Assembly: GCA_964016885.1 (NCBI GenBank)
Contig: OZ024745.1
Location: 4,774,001 to 4,838,000 of the forward strand
Source: Eledone cirrhosa
Lineage: Eukaryota
Reading direction: 5' to 3'
Length of the DNA stretch: 64,000 nucleotides
The notes beneath the pieces were generated by a model. That model worked only from the letters and a program-made list of their open reading frames with translations. It had not been told where the DNA came from and ran no database searches. The position numbers and the translations under genes are program-made. Positions 53,701 through 64,000 of the stretch are shown here, piece by piece; the stretch's first letter is position 1, and each line of letters begins with the position of its first letter.

Positions 53701-56700
53701 AGTGTACAACTGTCTTCAGTACCCTAGTAGTGTACAGTTGAGTGTCTTCAGTACCCTAGTAGTGTACAACTGGCTTCAGTACCCTAGTAGTGTACAACTG
53801 TCTTCAGTACCCTAGTAGTGTACAACTGTCTTCAGTACCCTAGTAGTGTACAGTTGAGTGTCTTCAGTAACCTAGTAGTGTACAACTGTCTTCAGTACCC
53901 TAGTAGTGTACAACTGTCTTCAGTACCCTAGTAGTGTACAGTTGAGTGTCTTCAGTACCCTGGTAGTGTACAACTGTCTTCAGTACCCTAGTAGTGTACA
54001 GTTGAGAGTCTTCAGTACCCTAGTAGTGTACAGTTGAGAGTCTTCAGTACCCTAGTAGTGTACAACTGTCGTCAGTACCCTAGTAGTGTACAACTGTCTT
54101 CAGTACCCTAGTAGTATACAGTTGAGTCTTCAGTACCCTAGTAGTGTACAATTGAGAGTCTTCAGTACCCTAGTAGTGTACAGTTGAGTCTTCAGTACCC
54201 TAGTAGTGTACAGTTGAGTGTCTTCAGTACCCTAGTAGTGTACAACTGGCTTCAGTAACCTAGTAGTATACAGTTGAGTCTTCAGTACCCTAGTAGTGTA
54301 CAGTTGAGTGTCTTCAGTACCCTAGTAGTGTACAACTGGCTTCAGTACCCCAGTAGTGTACAACTGGCTTCAGTACCCTAGTAGTATACAGTTGAGAGTC
54401 TTCAGTACCCTAGTAGTGTACAGTTGAGTGTCTTCAGTACCCTAGTAGTGTACAGTTGAGTGTCTTCAGTACCCTAGTAGTGTACAACTGGCTTCAGTAC
54501 CCTAGTAGTGTACAACTGTCTTCAGTACCCTAGTAGTGTACAGTTGAGTGTCTTCAGTAACCTAGTAGTGTACAACTGTCTTCAGTACCCTAGTAGTGTT
54601 CAACTGTCTTCAGTATCCTAGTACTGTACAGTCGAGTGTCTTCAGTACCCTAGTAGTGTACAACTGGCTTCAGTACCCTAGTAGTGTACAACTGTCTTCA
54701 GTACCCTAGGAGTGTTCAGTTGAGATTCTTCAGTACCCTAGTAGTTTACAACTGTTTTCAGTACCCCAGTAGTGTACAACTGTCTTCAGTACCCTAGTAG
54801 TGTACAGTTGAGAGTCTTCAGTACCCTATTAGTGTACAACTGTCTTCAGTACCCTAATAGTGTACAGTTGAGAGTATTCAGTACCCTAGTAGTGTACAAC
54901 TGTCTTCAGTACCCTAGTAGTGTACAGTTGAGTGTCTTCAGCACCCTACTAGTGTACAACTGGCCTCAGTACCCTAGTAGTGTACAACTGTCTTCAGTAC
55001 CCTTGTAGTGTACGACTGTCTTCAGTACCCTAGTAGTGTACAGTTGAGAGTCTTCAGTACCCTAGTACTGTACAGTTGAGAGTCTTCAGTACCCTAATAG
55101 TGTACAGTTGAGTGTCTTCAGTACCCTAGTAGTGTACAACTGTCTTCAGTACCCTAGTAGTGTACAACTGTCTTCAGTACTCTAGTAGTGTACAGTTGAG
55201 TTTTCAGTACCCTAGTAGTGTACAGTTGAGAGTCTTCAGTACCCTAGTAGTGTACAACTGTCTTCAGTACCCTAGTAGTGTACAACTGTCTTCAGTACCC
55301 TAGTAGTGTACAGTTGAGTGTCTTCAGTACCCTGGCAGTGTACAGTTGAGTGTCTTCAGTACCCTAGTAGTGTACAACTGGCTTCAGTACCCTAGTAGTG
55401 TACAACTGTCTTCAGTACCCTAGTAGTGTACAGTTGAGAGTATTCAGTAGCCTAGTAGTGTACAACTGTCTTCAGTACCCTAGTAGTGTACAACTGTCTT
55501 CAGTACCCTAGTAGTGTACAACTGTCTTCAGTAGCCTAGTAGTGTACAACTGTCTTCAGTACCCTAGTAGTGTACAACTGTCTTCAGTAGCCTAGTAGTG
55601 TACAACTGTCTTCAGTAGCCTAGTAGTGTACAACTGCCTTCAGTACCCTAGTAGTGTACAGTTGAGAGTCTTCAGTACCCTGGTAGTGTACAACTGTCTT
55701 CAGTACCCTAGTAGTGTACAGTTGAGAGTCTTCAGTACCCTAGTAGTGTACAACTGTCGTCAGTACCCTAGTAGTGTACAACTGTCTTCAGTACCCTAGT
55801 AGTGTACAACTGTCTTCAGTACCCTAGTAGTGTACAACTGGCTTCAGTACCCTAGTAGTGTACAACTGTCTTCAGTACCCTAGTAGTGTACAGTTGAGTG
55901 TCTTCAGTAGCCTAGTAGTGTACAACTGTCTTCAGTACCCTAGTAGTGTACAGTTGAGAGTCTTCAGTACTCTAGTAGTGTACAGTTGAGAGTCTTCAGT
56001 ACCCTAGTAGTGTACAACTGTCTTCAGTACCCTAATAGTGTACAGTTGAGAGTATTCAGTACCCTAGTAGTGTACAACTGTCTTCAGTACCCTAGTAATG
56101 TACAACTGTCTTCAGTACCCTAGTAGTGTACAGTTGAGAGTCTTCAGTACTCTAGTAGTGTACAGTTGAGAGTCTTCAGTACCCTAGTACTGTACAACTG
56201 TCTTCAGTACCCTAGTAGTGTACAGTTGAGAGTCTTCAGTACCCTAGTAGTGTACAACTGTCTTCAGTACCCTAGTAGTGTACAACTGTCTTCAGTACCC
56301 TAGTAGTGTACAGTTGAGTATCTTCAGTACCCTGGCAGTGTACAGTTGAGTGTCTTCAGTACCCTAGTAGTGTACAACTGGCTTCAGTACCCTAGTAGTG
56401 TACAACTGTCTTCAGTACTCTAGTAGTGTACAGTTGAGAGTCTTCAGTACCCTAGTACTGTACAACTGTCTTCAGTACCCTAGTAGTGTACAGTTGAGAG
56501 TCTTCAGTACCCTAGTAGTGTACAACTGTCTTCAGTACCCTAGTAGTGTACAACTGTCTTCAGTACCCTAGTAGTGTACAGTTGAGTGTCTTCAGTACCC
56601 TGGCAGTGTACAGTTGAGTGTCTTCAGTACCCTAGTAGTGTACAACTGGCTTCAGTACCCTAGTAGTGTACAACTGTCTTCAGTACCCTAGTAGTGTACA

Positions 56701-58300
56701 GTTGAGAGTATTCAGTAGCCTAGTAGTGTACAACTGTCTTCAGTACCCTAGTAGTGTACAACTGTCTTCAGTACCCTAGTAGTGTACAACTGGCTTCAGT
56801 ACCCTAGTAGTGTACAACTGTCTTCAGTACCCTAGTAGTGTACAGTTGAGAGTATTCAGTAGCCTAGTAGTGTACAAGTGTCTTCAGTACCCTAGTAGTG
56901 TACAACTGTCTTCAGTACCCTAGTAGTGTACAACTGGCTTCAGTACCCTAGTAGTGTACAACTGTCTTCAGTACCCTAGTAGTGTACAGTTGAGTGTCTT
57001 CAGTAGCCTAGTAGTGTACAACTGTCTTCAGTACCCTAGTAGTGTACAGTTGAGAGTCTTCAGTACTCTAGTAGTGTACAGTTGAGAGTCTTCAGTACCC
57101 TAGTACTGTACAACTGTCTTCAGTACCCTAGTAGTGTACAGTTGAGAGTATTCAGTAGCCTAGTAGTGTACAACTGTCTTCAGTACCCTAGTAGTGTACA
57201 ACTGTCTTCAGTACCCTAGTAGTGTACAGTTGAGTGTCTTCAGTACCCTGGTAGTGTACAACTGTCTTCAGTACCCTAGTAGTGTACAGTTGAGAGTCTT
57301 CAGTACCCTAGTAGTGTACAACTGTCGTCAGTACCCTAGTAGTGTACAACTGTCTTCAGTATCCTAGCAGTGTACAGTTGAGAGTCTTCGGTACCCTACT
57401 AGTGTACAACTGGCTTCAGTACCCTAGTAGTATACAGTTGAGAGTTTTCAGTACCCTAGTAGTGTACAGTTGAGAGTCTTCAGTACCCTAGTAGTGTACA
57501 ACTGGCTTCAGTACCCCAGTAGTGTACAACTGTCTTCAGTACCCTAGTAGCGTACAGTTGAGTGTCTTCAGTACCCTAGGAGTGTTCAGTTGAGATTCTT
57601 CAGTACCCTAGTAGTTTACAACTGTTTTCAGTACCCCAGTAGTGTACAACTGTCTTCAGTACCCTAGTAGTGTACAGTTGAGTGTCTTCAGTACCCTAGT
57701 AGTGTACAACTGTCTTCAGTACCCTAATAGTGTACAGTTGAGAGTATTCAGTACCCTAGTAGTGTACAACTGTCTTCAGTACCCTAGTAATGTACAACTG
57801 TCTTCAGTACCCTAGTAGTGTACAGTTGAGAGTCTTCAGTACTCTAGTAGTGTACAGTTGAGAGTCTTCAGTACCCTAGTACTGTACAACTGTCTTCAGT
57901 ACCCTAGTAGTGTACAACTGTCTTCAGTACCCTAGTAGTCTACAGTTGAGTGTCTTCAGTACCCTGGCAGTGTACAGTTGAGTATCTTCAGTACCCTAGT
58001 AGTGTACAACTGGCTTCAGTACCCTAGTAGTGTACAACTGTCTTCAGTACCCTAGTAGTGTACAACTGTCTTCAGTACCCTAGTAGTGTACAACTGTCTT
58101 CAGTACCCCAGTAGTGTACAACTGTCTTCAGTACCCTAGTAGTGTACAGTTGAGAGTATTCAGTAGCCTAGTAGTGTACAACTGTCTTCAGTACCCTAGT
58201 AGTGTACAACTGGCTTCAGTACCCTAGTAGTGTACAACTGTCTTCAGTACCCTAGTAGTGTACAGTTGAGTGTCTTCAGTAGCCTAGTAGTGTACAACTG
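41750..58300 (+). repeat. Right sub-domain: five copies of a ~3.1-3.5-kb higher-order unit in order X-Y-Y-X-Y
   Basis: CAAGTGTC marker at 43393, 46767, 50281, 53387, 56875. X-specific variants are offset by about 10 kb (GCTGAGAG 42031/52053, CCCTCATAG 42552/52574, identical ORFs 43328/53322). Y-specific TATCCTAGCAG at 47252, 50766, 57360. Confidence 0.85.
44980..52000 (+). repeat. Near-identical 3514-bp tandem duplication
   Basis: Constant 3514 offset at 45068/48582, 46767/50281, 47252/50766, 47483/50997 (private GTTGAGCTT variant) and 47891/51405. Confidence 0.92.
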
Positions 58301-59149
58301 TCTTCAGTACTCTAGTAGTGTACAGTCGAGTGTCTTCAGTACCCTAGTAGTGTACAACTGGCTTCAGTACCCTAGTAGTATACAGTTGAGTTTTCAGTAC
58401 CCTAGTAGTGTACAGTTGAGAGTCTTCAGTACCCTAGTAGTGTACAACTGGCTTCAGTACCCTAGTAGTATACAGTTGAGTCTTCAGTGCCCTAGTAGTG
58501 TATAGTTGAGAGTCTTCAGTACCCTAGGAGTGTTCAGTTGAGATTCTTCAGTACCCTAGTAGTTTACAACTGTTTTCAGTACCCCAGTAGTGTACAACTG
58601 TCTTCAGTACCCTAGTAGTGTACAGTTGAGTGTCTTCAGTACCCTAGTAGTGTACAACTGTCTTCAGTACCCTAATAGTGTACAGCTGAGAGTATTCAGT
58701 ACCCTAGTAGTGTACAACTGTCTTCAGTACCCTAGTAATGTACAACTGTCTTCAGTACCCTAGTAGTGTACAGTTGAGAGTCTTCAGTACTCTAGTAGTG
58801 TACAGTTGAGAGTCTTCAGTACCCTAGTACTGTACAACTGTATTCAGTACCCTAGTAGTGTACAGTTGAGTGTCTTCAGCACCCTACTAGTGTACAACTG
58901 GCCTCAGTACCCTAGTAGTGTACAACTGTCTTCAGTACCCTAGTAGTGTACAACTGTCTTCAGTACCCTAGTAGTGTACAGTTGAGAGTCTTCAGTACCC
59001 TAGTACTGTACAGTTGAGAGTCTTCAGTACCCTAATAGTGTACAGTTGAGTGTCTTCAGTACCCTAGTAGTGTACAACTGTCTTCAGTACCCTAGTAGTG
59101 TATAACTGTCTTCAGTACCCTAGTAGTGTACAGTTGAGTCTTCAGTACC

Positions 59150-59600
59150 CTAGTAGTGTACAGTTGAGAGTCTTCAGTACCCTAGTAGTGTACAACTGTC
59201 TTCAGTACCCTAGTAGTTTACAACTGTCTTCAGTACCCTAGTAGTGTACAGTTGAGTGTCTTCAGTACCCTGGTAGTGTACAGTTGAGAGTCTTCAGTAC
59301 CCTAGTAGTGTACAGTTGAGAGTCTTCAGTACCCTAGTAGTGTACAACTGTCTTCAGTACCCTAGTAGTTTACAACTGTCTTCAGTACCCTAGTAGTGTA
59401 CAGTTGAGTGTCTTCAGTACCCTGGTAGTGTACAGTTGAGAGTCTTCAGTACCCTAGTAGTGTACAGTTGAGAGTCTTCAGTACCCTAGTAGTGTACAAC
59501 TGTCTTCAGTACCCTAGTAGTTTACAACTGTCTTCAGTACCCTAGTAGTGTACAGTTGAGTGTCTTCAGTACCCTGGTAGTGTACAGTTGAGAGTCTTCA
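59150..59600 (+). repeat. Three tandem copies of a 152-bp 5-monomer unit (28+28+32+32+32)
   Basis: TTTACAACTGTC at 59217, 59369, 59521, each followed by a CCCTGGTAG variant. Confidence 0.9.
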
Positions 59601-59879
59601 GTACCCTGGTAGTGTACAGTTGAGTGTCTTCAGTACCCTAGTAGTGTACAACTGGCTTCAGTACCCTAGTAGTGTACAGTTGAGTGTCTTCGGCACCCTA
59701 GTAGTGTACAACTGGCTTCAGTACCCTAGTAGTGTACAACTGTCTTCAGTACCCTAGTAGTGTACAGTTGAGTGTCTTCAGTACCCTAGTAGTGTACAAC
59801 TGTCTTCAGTACCCTAGTAGTGTACAGTTGAGTGTCTTCAGTACCCTGGTAGTGTACAACTGTCTTCAGTACCCTAGTA

Positions 59880-62800
59880 ATGTACAATTGAGAGTCTTCA
59901 GTACCCTAGTAGTGTACAGTTGAGTCTTCAGTACCCTAGTAGTGTACAGTTGAGTGTCTTCAGTACCCTAGTAGTGTACAACTGGCTTCAGTACCCTAGT
60001 AGTATACAGTTGAGATTCTTCAGTACCCTAGTAGTGGACAACTGGCTTCAGTACCCCAGTAGTGTACAACTGGCTTCAGTCCCCTAGTAGTATACAGTTG
60101 AGAGTCTTCAGTACCCTAGTACTGTACAGTTGAGTGTCTTCAGTACCCTAGTAGTTATACAGTTGAGTGTCTTCAGTACCCTAGTAGTGTACAACTGGCT
60201 TCAGTAGCCTAGTAGTGTACAACTGTCTTCAGTACCCTAGGAGTGTTCAGTTGAGATTCTTCAGTACCCTAGTAGTTTACAACTGTTTTCAGTACCCCAG
60301 TAGTGTACAACTGTCTTCAGTACCCTAGTAGTGTACAGTTGAGAGTCTTCAGTACTCTAGTAGTGTACAGTAGACAGTCTTCAGTACCCTAGTACTGTAC
60401 AACTGTCTTCAGTACCCTAGTAGTGTACAGTTGAGTGTCTTCAGCACCCTACTAGTGTACAACTGGCCTCAGTACCCTAGTAGTGTACAACTGTCTTCAG
60501 TACCCTAGTAGTGTACAACTGTCTTCAGTACCCTAGTAGTGTACAGTTGAGTCTTCAGTACCCTAGTAGTGTACAGTTGAGAGTCTTCAGTACCCTAGTA
60601 CTGTACAACTGTCTTCAGTACCCTAGTAGTGTACAGTTGAGTGTCTTCAGCACCCTACTACTGTACAACTGGCCTCAGTACCCTAGTAGTGTACAACTGT
60701 CTTCAGTACCCTATTAGTGTACAACTGTCTTCAGTACCCTAGTAGTGTATAGTTGAGAGTCTTCAGTACCCTTGTACTGTACAGTTGAGAGTCTTCAGTA
60801 CCCTAATAGTGTACAGTTGAGTGTCTTCAGTACCCTAGTAGTGTACAACTGGCTTCGGTACCCTAGTAGTGTACAACTGTCTTCAGTACCCTAGTAGTGT
60901 ACAGTTGAGTGTCTTCAGTACCCTAGTAGTGTACAACTGGCTTCAGTACCCTAGTAGTGTACAACTGTCTTCAGTACCCTAGTAGTGTACAGTTGAGTGT
61001 CTTCAGTACCCTAGTAGTGTACAACTGTCTTCAGTACCCTAGTAGTGTACAGTTGAGTGTCTTCAGTAACCTAGTAGTGTACAACTGTCTTCAGTACCCT
61101 AGTAGTGTACAACTGTCTTCAGTACCCTAGTAGTGTACAGTTGAGTGTCTTCAGTACCCTGGTAGTGTACAACTGTCTTCAGTACCCTAGTAATGTACAG
61201 TTGAGAGTCTTCAGTAACCTAGTAGTGTACAGTTGAGAGTCTTCAGTACCCTAGTAGTGTACAACTGTCGTCAGTACCCTAGTAGTGTACAACTGTCTTC
61301 AGTATCCTAGTAGTGTACAGTTGAGAGTCTTCAGTACCCTAGTAGTGTACAACTGTCTTCAGTACCCTAGTAGTGTACAATTGAGAGTCTTCAGTACCCT
61401 AGTAGTGTACAGTTGAGTCTTCAGTACCCTAGTAGTGTACAGTTGAGTGTCTTCAGTACCCTAGTAGTGTACAACTGGCTTCAGTACCCTAGTAGTATAC
61501 AGTTGAGATTCTTCAGTACCCTAGTAGTGTACAACTGGCTTCAGTACCCCAGTACTGTACAACTGGCTTCAGTACCCTAGTAGTATACAGTTGAGAGTCT
61601 TCAGTACCCTAGTACTGTACAGTTGAGTGTCTTCAGTACCCTAGTAGTTATACAGTTGAGTGTCTTCAGTACCCTAGTAGTGTACAACTGGCTTCAGTAC
61701 CCTAGTAGTGTACAACTGTCTTCAGTACCCTAGGAGTGTTCAGTTGAGATTCTTCAGTACCCTAGTAGTTTACAACTGTTTTCAGTACCCCAGTAGTGTA
61801 CAACTGTCTTCAGTACCCTAGTAGTGTACAGTTGAGAGTCTTCAGTACCCTAGTAGTGTACAACTGTCTTCAGTACCCTAATAGTGTACAGTTGAGAGTA
61901 TTCAGTACCCTAGTAGTGTACAACTGTCTTCAGTACCCTAGTAGTGTACAGTTGAGAGTCTTCAGCACTCTAGTAGTGTACAGTAGACAGTCTTCAGTAC
62001 CCTAGTACTGTACAACTGTCTTCAGTACCCTAGTAGTGTACAGTTGAGAGTCTTCAGTACTCTAGTAGTGTACAGTAGACAGTCTTCAGTACCCTAGTAC
62101 TGTACAACTGTCTTCAGTACCCTAGTAGTGTACAGTTGAGTGTCTTCAGCACCCTACTAGTGTACAACTGGCCTCAGTACCCTAGTAGTGTACAACTGTC
62201 TTCAGTACCCTAGTAGTGTACAACTGTCTTCAGTACCCTAGTAGTGTACAGTTGAGAGTTTTCAGTACCCTAGTACTGTACAGTTGAGAGTCTTCAGTAC
62301 CCTAATAGTGTACAGTTGAGTGTCTTCAGTACCCTAGTAGTGTACAACTGTCTTCAGTACCCTAGTAGTGTACAGTTGAGTCTTCAGTACCCTAGTAGTG
62401 TACAGTTGAGAGTCTTCAGTACCCTAGTACTGTACAACTGTCTTCAGTACCCTAGTAGTGTACAGTTGAGTGTCTTCAGCACCCTACTACTGTACAACTG
62501 GCCTCAGTACCCTAGTAGTGTACAACTGTCTTCAGTACCCTAGTAGTGTACAACTGTCTTCAGTACCCTAGTAGTGTATAGTTGAGAGTCTTCAGTACCC
62601 TTGTACTGTACAGTTGAGAGTCTTCAGTACCCTAATAGTGTACAGTTGAGTGTCTTCAGTACCCTAGTAGTGTACAACTGGCTTCGGTACCCTAGTAGTG
62701 TACAACTGTCTTCAGTACCCTAGTAGTGTACAACTGGCTTCAGTACCCTAGTAGTGTACAACTGTCTTCAGTACCCTAGTAGTGTACAGTTGAGTGTCTT

Positions 62801-64000
62801 CAGTACCCTAGTAGTGTACAACTGTCTTCAGTACCCTAGTAGTGTACAGTTGAGTGTCTTCAGTAACCTAGTAGTGTACAACTGTCTTCAGTACCCTAGT
62901 AGTGTACAACTGTCTTCAGTACCCTAGTAGTGTACAGTTGAGTGTCTTCAGTACCCTGGTAGTGTACAACTGTCTTCAGTACCCTAGTAGTGTACAGTTG
63001 AGAGTCTTCAGTACCCTAGTAGTGTACAGTTGAGTGTCTTCAGTACCCTAGTAGTGTACAACTGGCTTCAGTACCCTAGTAGTGTACAACTGTCTTCAGT
63101 ACCCTAGGAGTGTTCAGTTGAGATTCTTCAGTACCCTAGTAGTTTACAACTGTTTTCAGTACCCCAGTAGTGTACAACTGTCTTCAGTACCCTAGTAGTG
63201 TACAGTTGAGAGTCTTCAGTACCCTAGTAGTGTACAACTGTCTTCAGTACCCTAATAGTGTACAGTTGAGAGTATTCAGTACCCTAGTAGTGTACAACTG
63301 TCTTCAGTACCCTAGTAGTGTACAGTTGAGAGTCTTCAGTACTCTAGTAGTGTACAGTAGACAGTCTTCAGTACCCTAGTACTGTACAACTGTCTTCAGT
63401 ACCCTAGTAGTGTACAGTTGAGAGTCTTCAGTACTCTAGTAGTGTACAGTAGACAGTCTTCAGTACCCTAGTACTGTACAACTGTCTTCAGTACCCTAGT
63501 AGTGTACAGTTGAGTGTCTTCAGCACCCTACTAGTGTACAACTGGCCTCAGTACCCTAGTAGTGTACAACTGTCTTCAGTACCCTAGTAGTGTACAACTG
63601 TCTTCAGTACCCTAGTAGTGTACAGTTGAGAGTTTTCAGTACCCTAGTACTGTACAGTTGAGAGTCTTCAGTACCCTAATAGTGTACAGTTGAGTGTCTT
63701 CAGTACCCTAGTAGTGTACAACTGTCTTCAGTACCCTAGTAGTGTACAGTTGAGTCTTCAGTACCCTAGTAGTGTACAGTTGAGAGTCTTCAGTACCCTA
63801 GTACTGTACAACTGTCTTCAGTACCCTAGTAGTGTACAGTTGAGTGTCTTCAGCACCCTACTACTGTACAACTGGCCTCAGTACCCTAGTAGTGTACAAC
63901 TGTCTTCAGTACCCTAGTAGTGTACAACTGTCTTCAGTACCCTAGTAGTGTATAGTTGAGAGTCTTCAGTACCCTTGTACTGTACAGTTGAGAGTCTTCA
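59880..64000 (+). repeat. Terminal sub-domain: about three copies of a 1.4-1.5-kb unit (offsets 1493 and 1374)
   Basis: TAGGAG at 60238, 61731, 63105. 1-bp insertion GTTATAC at 60154/61647. Private GTAGACA variant at 60370, 61983, 62075, 63357, 63449. Identical ORF pairs 61796/63170 and 62316/63690. Confidence 0.88.

Larger units (their letters stand above)
1..64000 (+). repeat. Tandem satellite array of interspersed 28/30/32-bp monomers, core GTCTTCAGTACCCTAGTAGTGTACA; extends beyond both window edges
   Basis: The core recurs every 28, 30 or 32 bp from the first to the last line. Examples: 28-mer AACTGTCTTCAGTACCCTAGTAGTGTAC at 71-98 and 32-mer AGTTGAGAGTCTTCAGTACCCTAGTAGTGTAC. No unique sequence or reversed-orientation block was seen. 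Confidence 0.99.

Noticed and set aside
165-63917. All listed ORFs (repeating NCLQYPSSVQLRVFSTLVVY)
   Set aside because: They arise wherever 28- and 32-mers alternate (60 bp = 20 codons) and so avoid the TAGTAG/TGA stops. They start at TTG/GTG inside the repeat, are at most 145 aa, and have no unique domain. Frame is broken by any AA or BB pair, so there is no sign of coding constraint.
1-64000. CRISPR array (25-bp partially palindromic repeat with variable intervening sequence)
   Set aside because: The intervening segments are only 3-7 bp and are reused hundreds of times. There are no unique spacers, leader or cas genes.
1-64000. Telomerase-made telomeric repeat (minus strand has TAGGG; GTGTAC resembles long budding-yeast telomere cores)
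   Set aside because: The similarity is only 5-6 bp and there is no strong G-rich strand. Kb-scale duplications of point variants indicate recombination or replication copying rather than templated addition. A subtelomeric location cannot be excluded.
1-64000. Synthetic data-storage/recorder array, rolling-circle concatemer or sequencing artefact
   Set aside because: Rare substitutions are inherited hierarchically through nested duplications and change gradually along the array, as expected for natural evolution. Random indel noise is almost absent.
1-64000. Integron attC or recombinase-site array, or invertible-switch system
   Set aside because: There are no cassettes or recombinase gene. 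The apparent AACT/AGTT inversion is linked to a 2-4-bp length difference and is copied stably in duplications, so it is not actively flipping.
1-64000. Embedded transposon, tRNA/rRNA/ncRNA gene or strand-inversion point
   Set aside because: I saw no non-repeat segment and no reverse-orientation core (TGTACACTACTAGGGTACTGAAGAC) on reading through the window.

Overview
The whole 64-kb window is one uninterrupted, head-to-tail, single-orientation tandem repeat (satellite/minisatellite-type) array that runs off both ends. It holds roughly 2,100 monomers at about 43% GC. Each monomer is a near-constant 25-bp core (GTCTTCAGTACCCTAGTAGTGTACA) plus a 3-, 5- or 7-bp variable insert. This gives 28-bp (ACT), 30-bp (GTTGA) and 32-bp (GTTGAGA, GTTGAGT, GTTAGGT, GTTTGGT, ACTGACT etc.) units interspersed in an irregular order. 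I see no credible gene, RNA gene, transposon insertion or CRISPR array. All listed ORFs are by-products of 28+32=60-bp dimers. The real structure is (i) a quasi-palindromic monomer whose two main variants carry the same hexamer in opposite orientations (CAACTG/CAGTTG), and (ii) nested higher-order duplications of about 0.15, 1.3-1.9, 3-3.5 and 10 kb, with a turnover of diagnostic variants from left to right. It most resembles eukaryotic heterochromatic satellite DNA (inference). I cannot assign an organism, family or function, and the sequence alone does not support a novel gene system. Duplication boundaries are approximate and were read by eye.
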